40,280 bases of DNA, from contig CAZCDK010000001.1 in assembly GCA_964497285.1 (NCBI GenBank), positions 9,472 through 49,751 on the forward strand, given 5' to 3'. Origin of the DNA: an uncultured Anaerolineaceae bacterium. Lineage in GTDB: Bacteria > Chloroflexota > Dehalococcoidia > Tepidiformales > Tepidiformaceae. Position 1 is the first letter of the stretch, and every line of letters begins with the position of its first letter. The notes under the pieces are model-generated. The model worked only from the letters and a program-made list of their open reading frames with translations, searched no databases and was not told the DNA's origin. The position numbers and the translations under genes are program-made. Of the stretch, positions 39,886 to 40,280 are shown in pieces.

Positions 39886-40070
39886 TTGCCGTGCGCTAGG
39901 ACTCTTGGCGTGATCAGGATCCCGCAGAGGGCGACGGAGAGGCCCGCGTAGAACGCGTAGGAGGGGTTGGTGAAGGTCGTCGCGGCGAGGAACACCAGCG
40001 CGCCGGCCGCCGCGGAGATCGCGATACCCAGGATCACCGGGTGGGACGCCGCCTCCTTGATCGTCCTCAT
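39882..40070 (-). CDS. Small 2-TM membrane protein, hypothetical
   Basis: ORF 39882..40175. ATG 40070 gives a 62-aa product with two hydrophobic helices. Its stop codon overlaps the VWA start. The RBS spacing is poor, so both the start and the coding status are uncertain. Confidence 0.35.
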   Translation of the reverse strand: MRTIKEAASHPVILGIAISAAAGALVFLAATTFTNPSYAFYAGLSVALCGILITPRVLAHGK

Positions 40071-40280
40071 ATCGAGATCGTCGGCTCCTTCTCGTCCCCC
40101 TCTGCGTCCGGGAACCTGAGGCTCTTCGACTTCCCGAAATCCCTCACGACGAACACCCGCCCGCAGGAGGGGCACGTGAATATGTCGCCGTCCTTGGCGT
40201 CCTCGGTCCCGGGCGGCGAGGCCGGTGACCTTGGCCGCCTCGACGTGGAGATCGGAAGAGCGTCGCGCCGGGCCGCACGG

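Noticed and set aside
38119-40175. The VWA-TPR protein plus the small membrane ORF as a novel system.
   Set aside because: The architecture (N-terminal TM helices, VWA MIDAS motif, TPR tail, coupling to a small membrane protein) matches the widespread BatA/BatB/BatC-type clusters. The cluster is truncated by the window edge, so nothing unusual can be supported.
1-40280. A search by eye for CRISPR arrays, tRNA/rRNA genes, transposases, integrases, terminal inverted repeats and phage or defence genes.
   Set aside because: None was recognised. There are no regularly spaced direct repeats and no cloverleaf-like GC-rich segments of about 75 nt in the intergenic regions. No DDE/tyrosine-recombinase, nuclease or ATPase motifs appear in any ORF. 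The window looks like a metabolic island, not a mobile or defence locus.

Overview
High-GC bacterial chromosomal segment. I saw no rRNA, tRNA, CRISPR array or mobile-element gene. The core (about 5.2-25.6 kb) encodes four paralogous NarG/EbdA-type catalytic (alpha) subunits of the type II DMSO-reductase family. Only two sets of partner subunits are present: gamma (EB_dh/DOMON-like), beta (four-cluster ferredoxin) and delta (TorD/NarJ-like chaperone). These genes form two convergent operons. No alpha or gamma subunit carries a Tat or Sec signal, and one gamma contains no internal Met, His or Cys, so it has no residue of the usual haem-ligand types. The longer operon continues, through overlapping stop/start codons, into an oversized nitroreductase-fold protein, two paralogous 4-TM proteins and a degenerate, truncated adenylate-forming-enzyme homologue. 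This nine-gene unit is my best candidate for an undescribed system: a cytoplasmic, modular, ethylbenzene-dehydrogenase-like hydroxylase/dehydrogenase with a non-canonical electron exit. Flanking genes are acyl-CoA catabolism (three acyl-CoA dehydrogenases, an SCP-x-type thiolase, CoA-transferase A/B, a nitroreductase, an isobutyryl-CoA-mutase-like large subunit), a Crp/Fnr regulator and an MFS transporter. A 16-bp palindrome family (TATGA-N6-TCATA, with one TGTGA-N6-TCACA) was found by eye only in intergenic DNA in front of these operons. At four promoters it sits exactly 21 nt from a -10-like hexamer. All family calls come from reading motifs by eye; no database search, alignment program or structure prediction was available.
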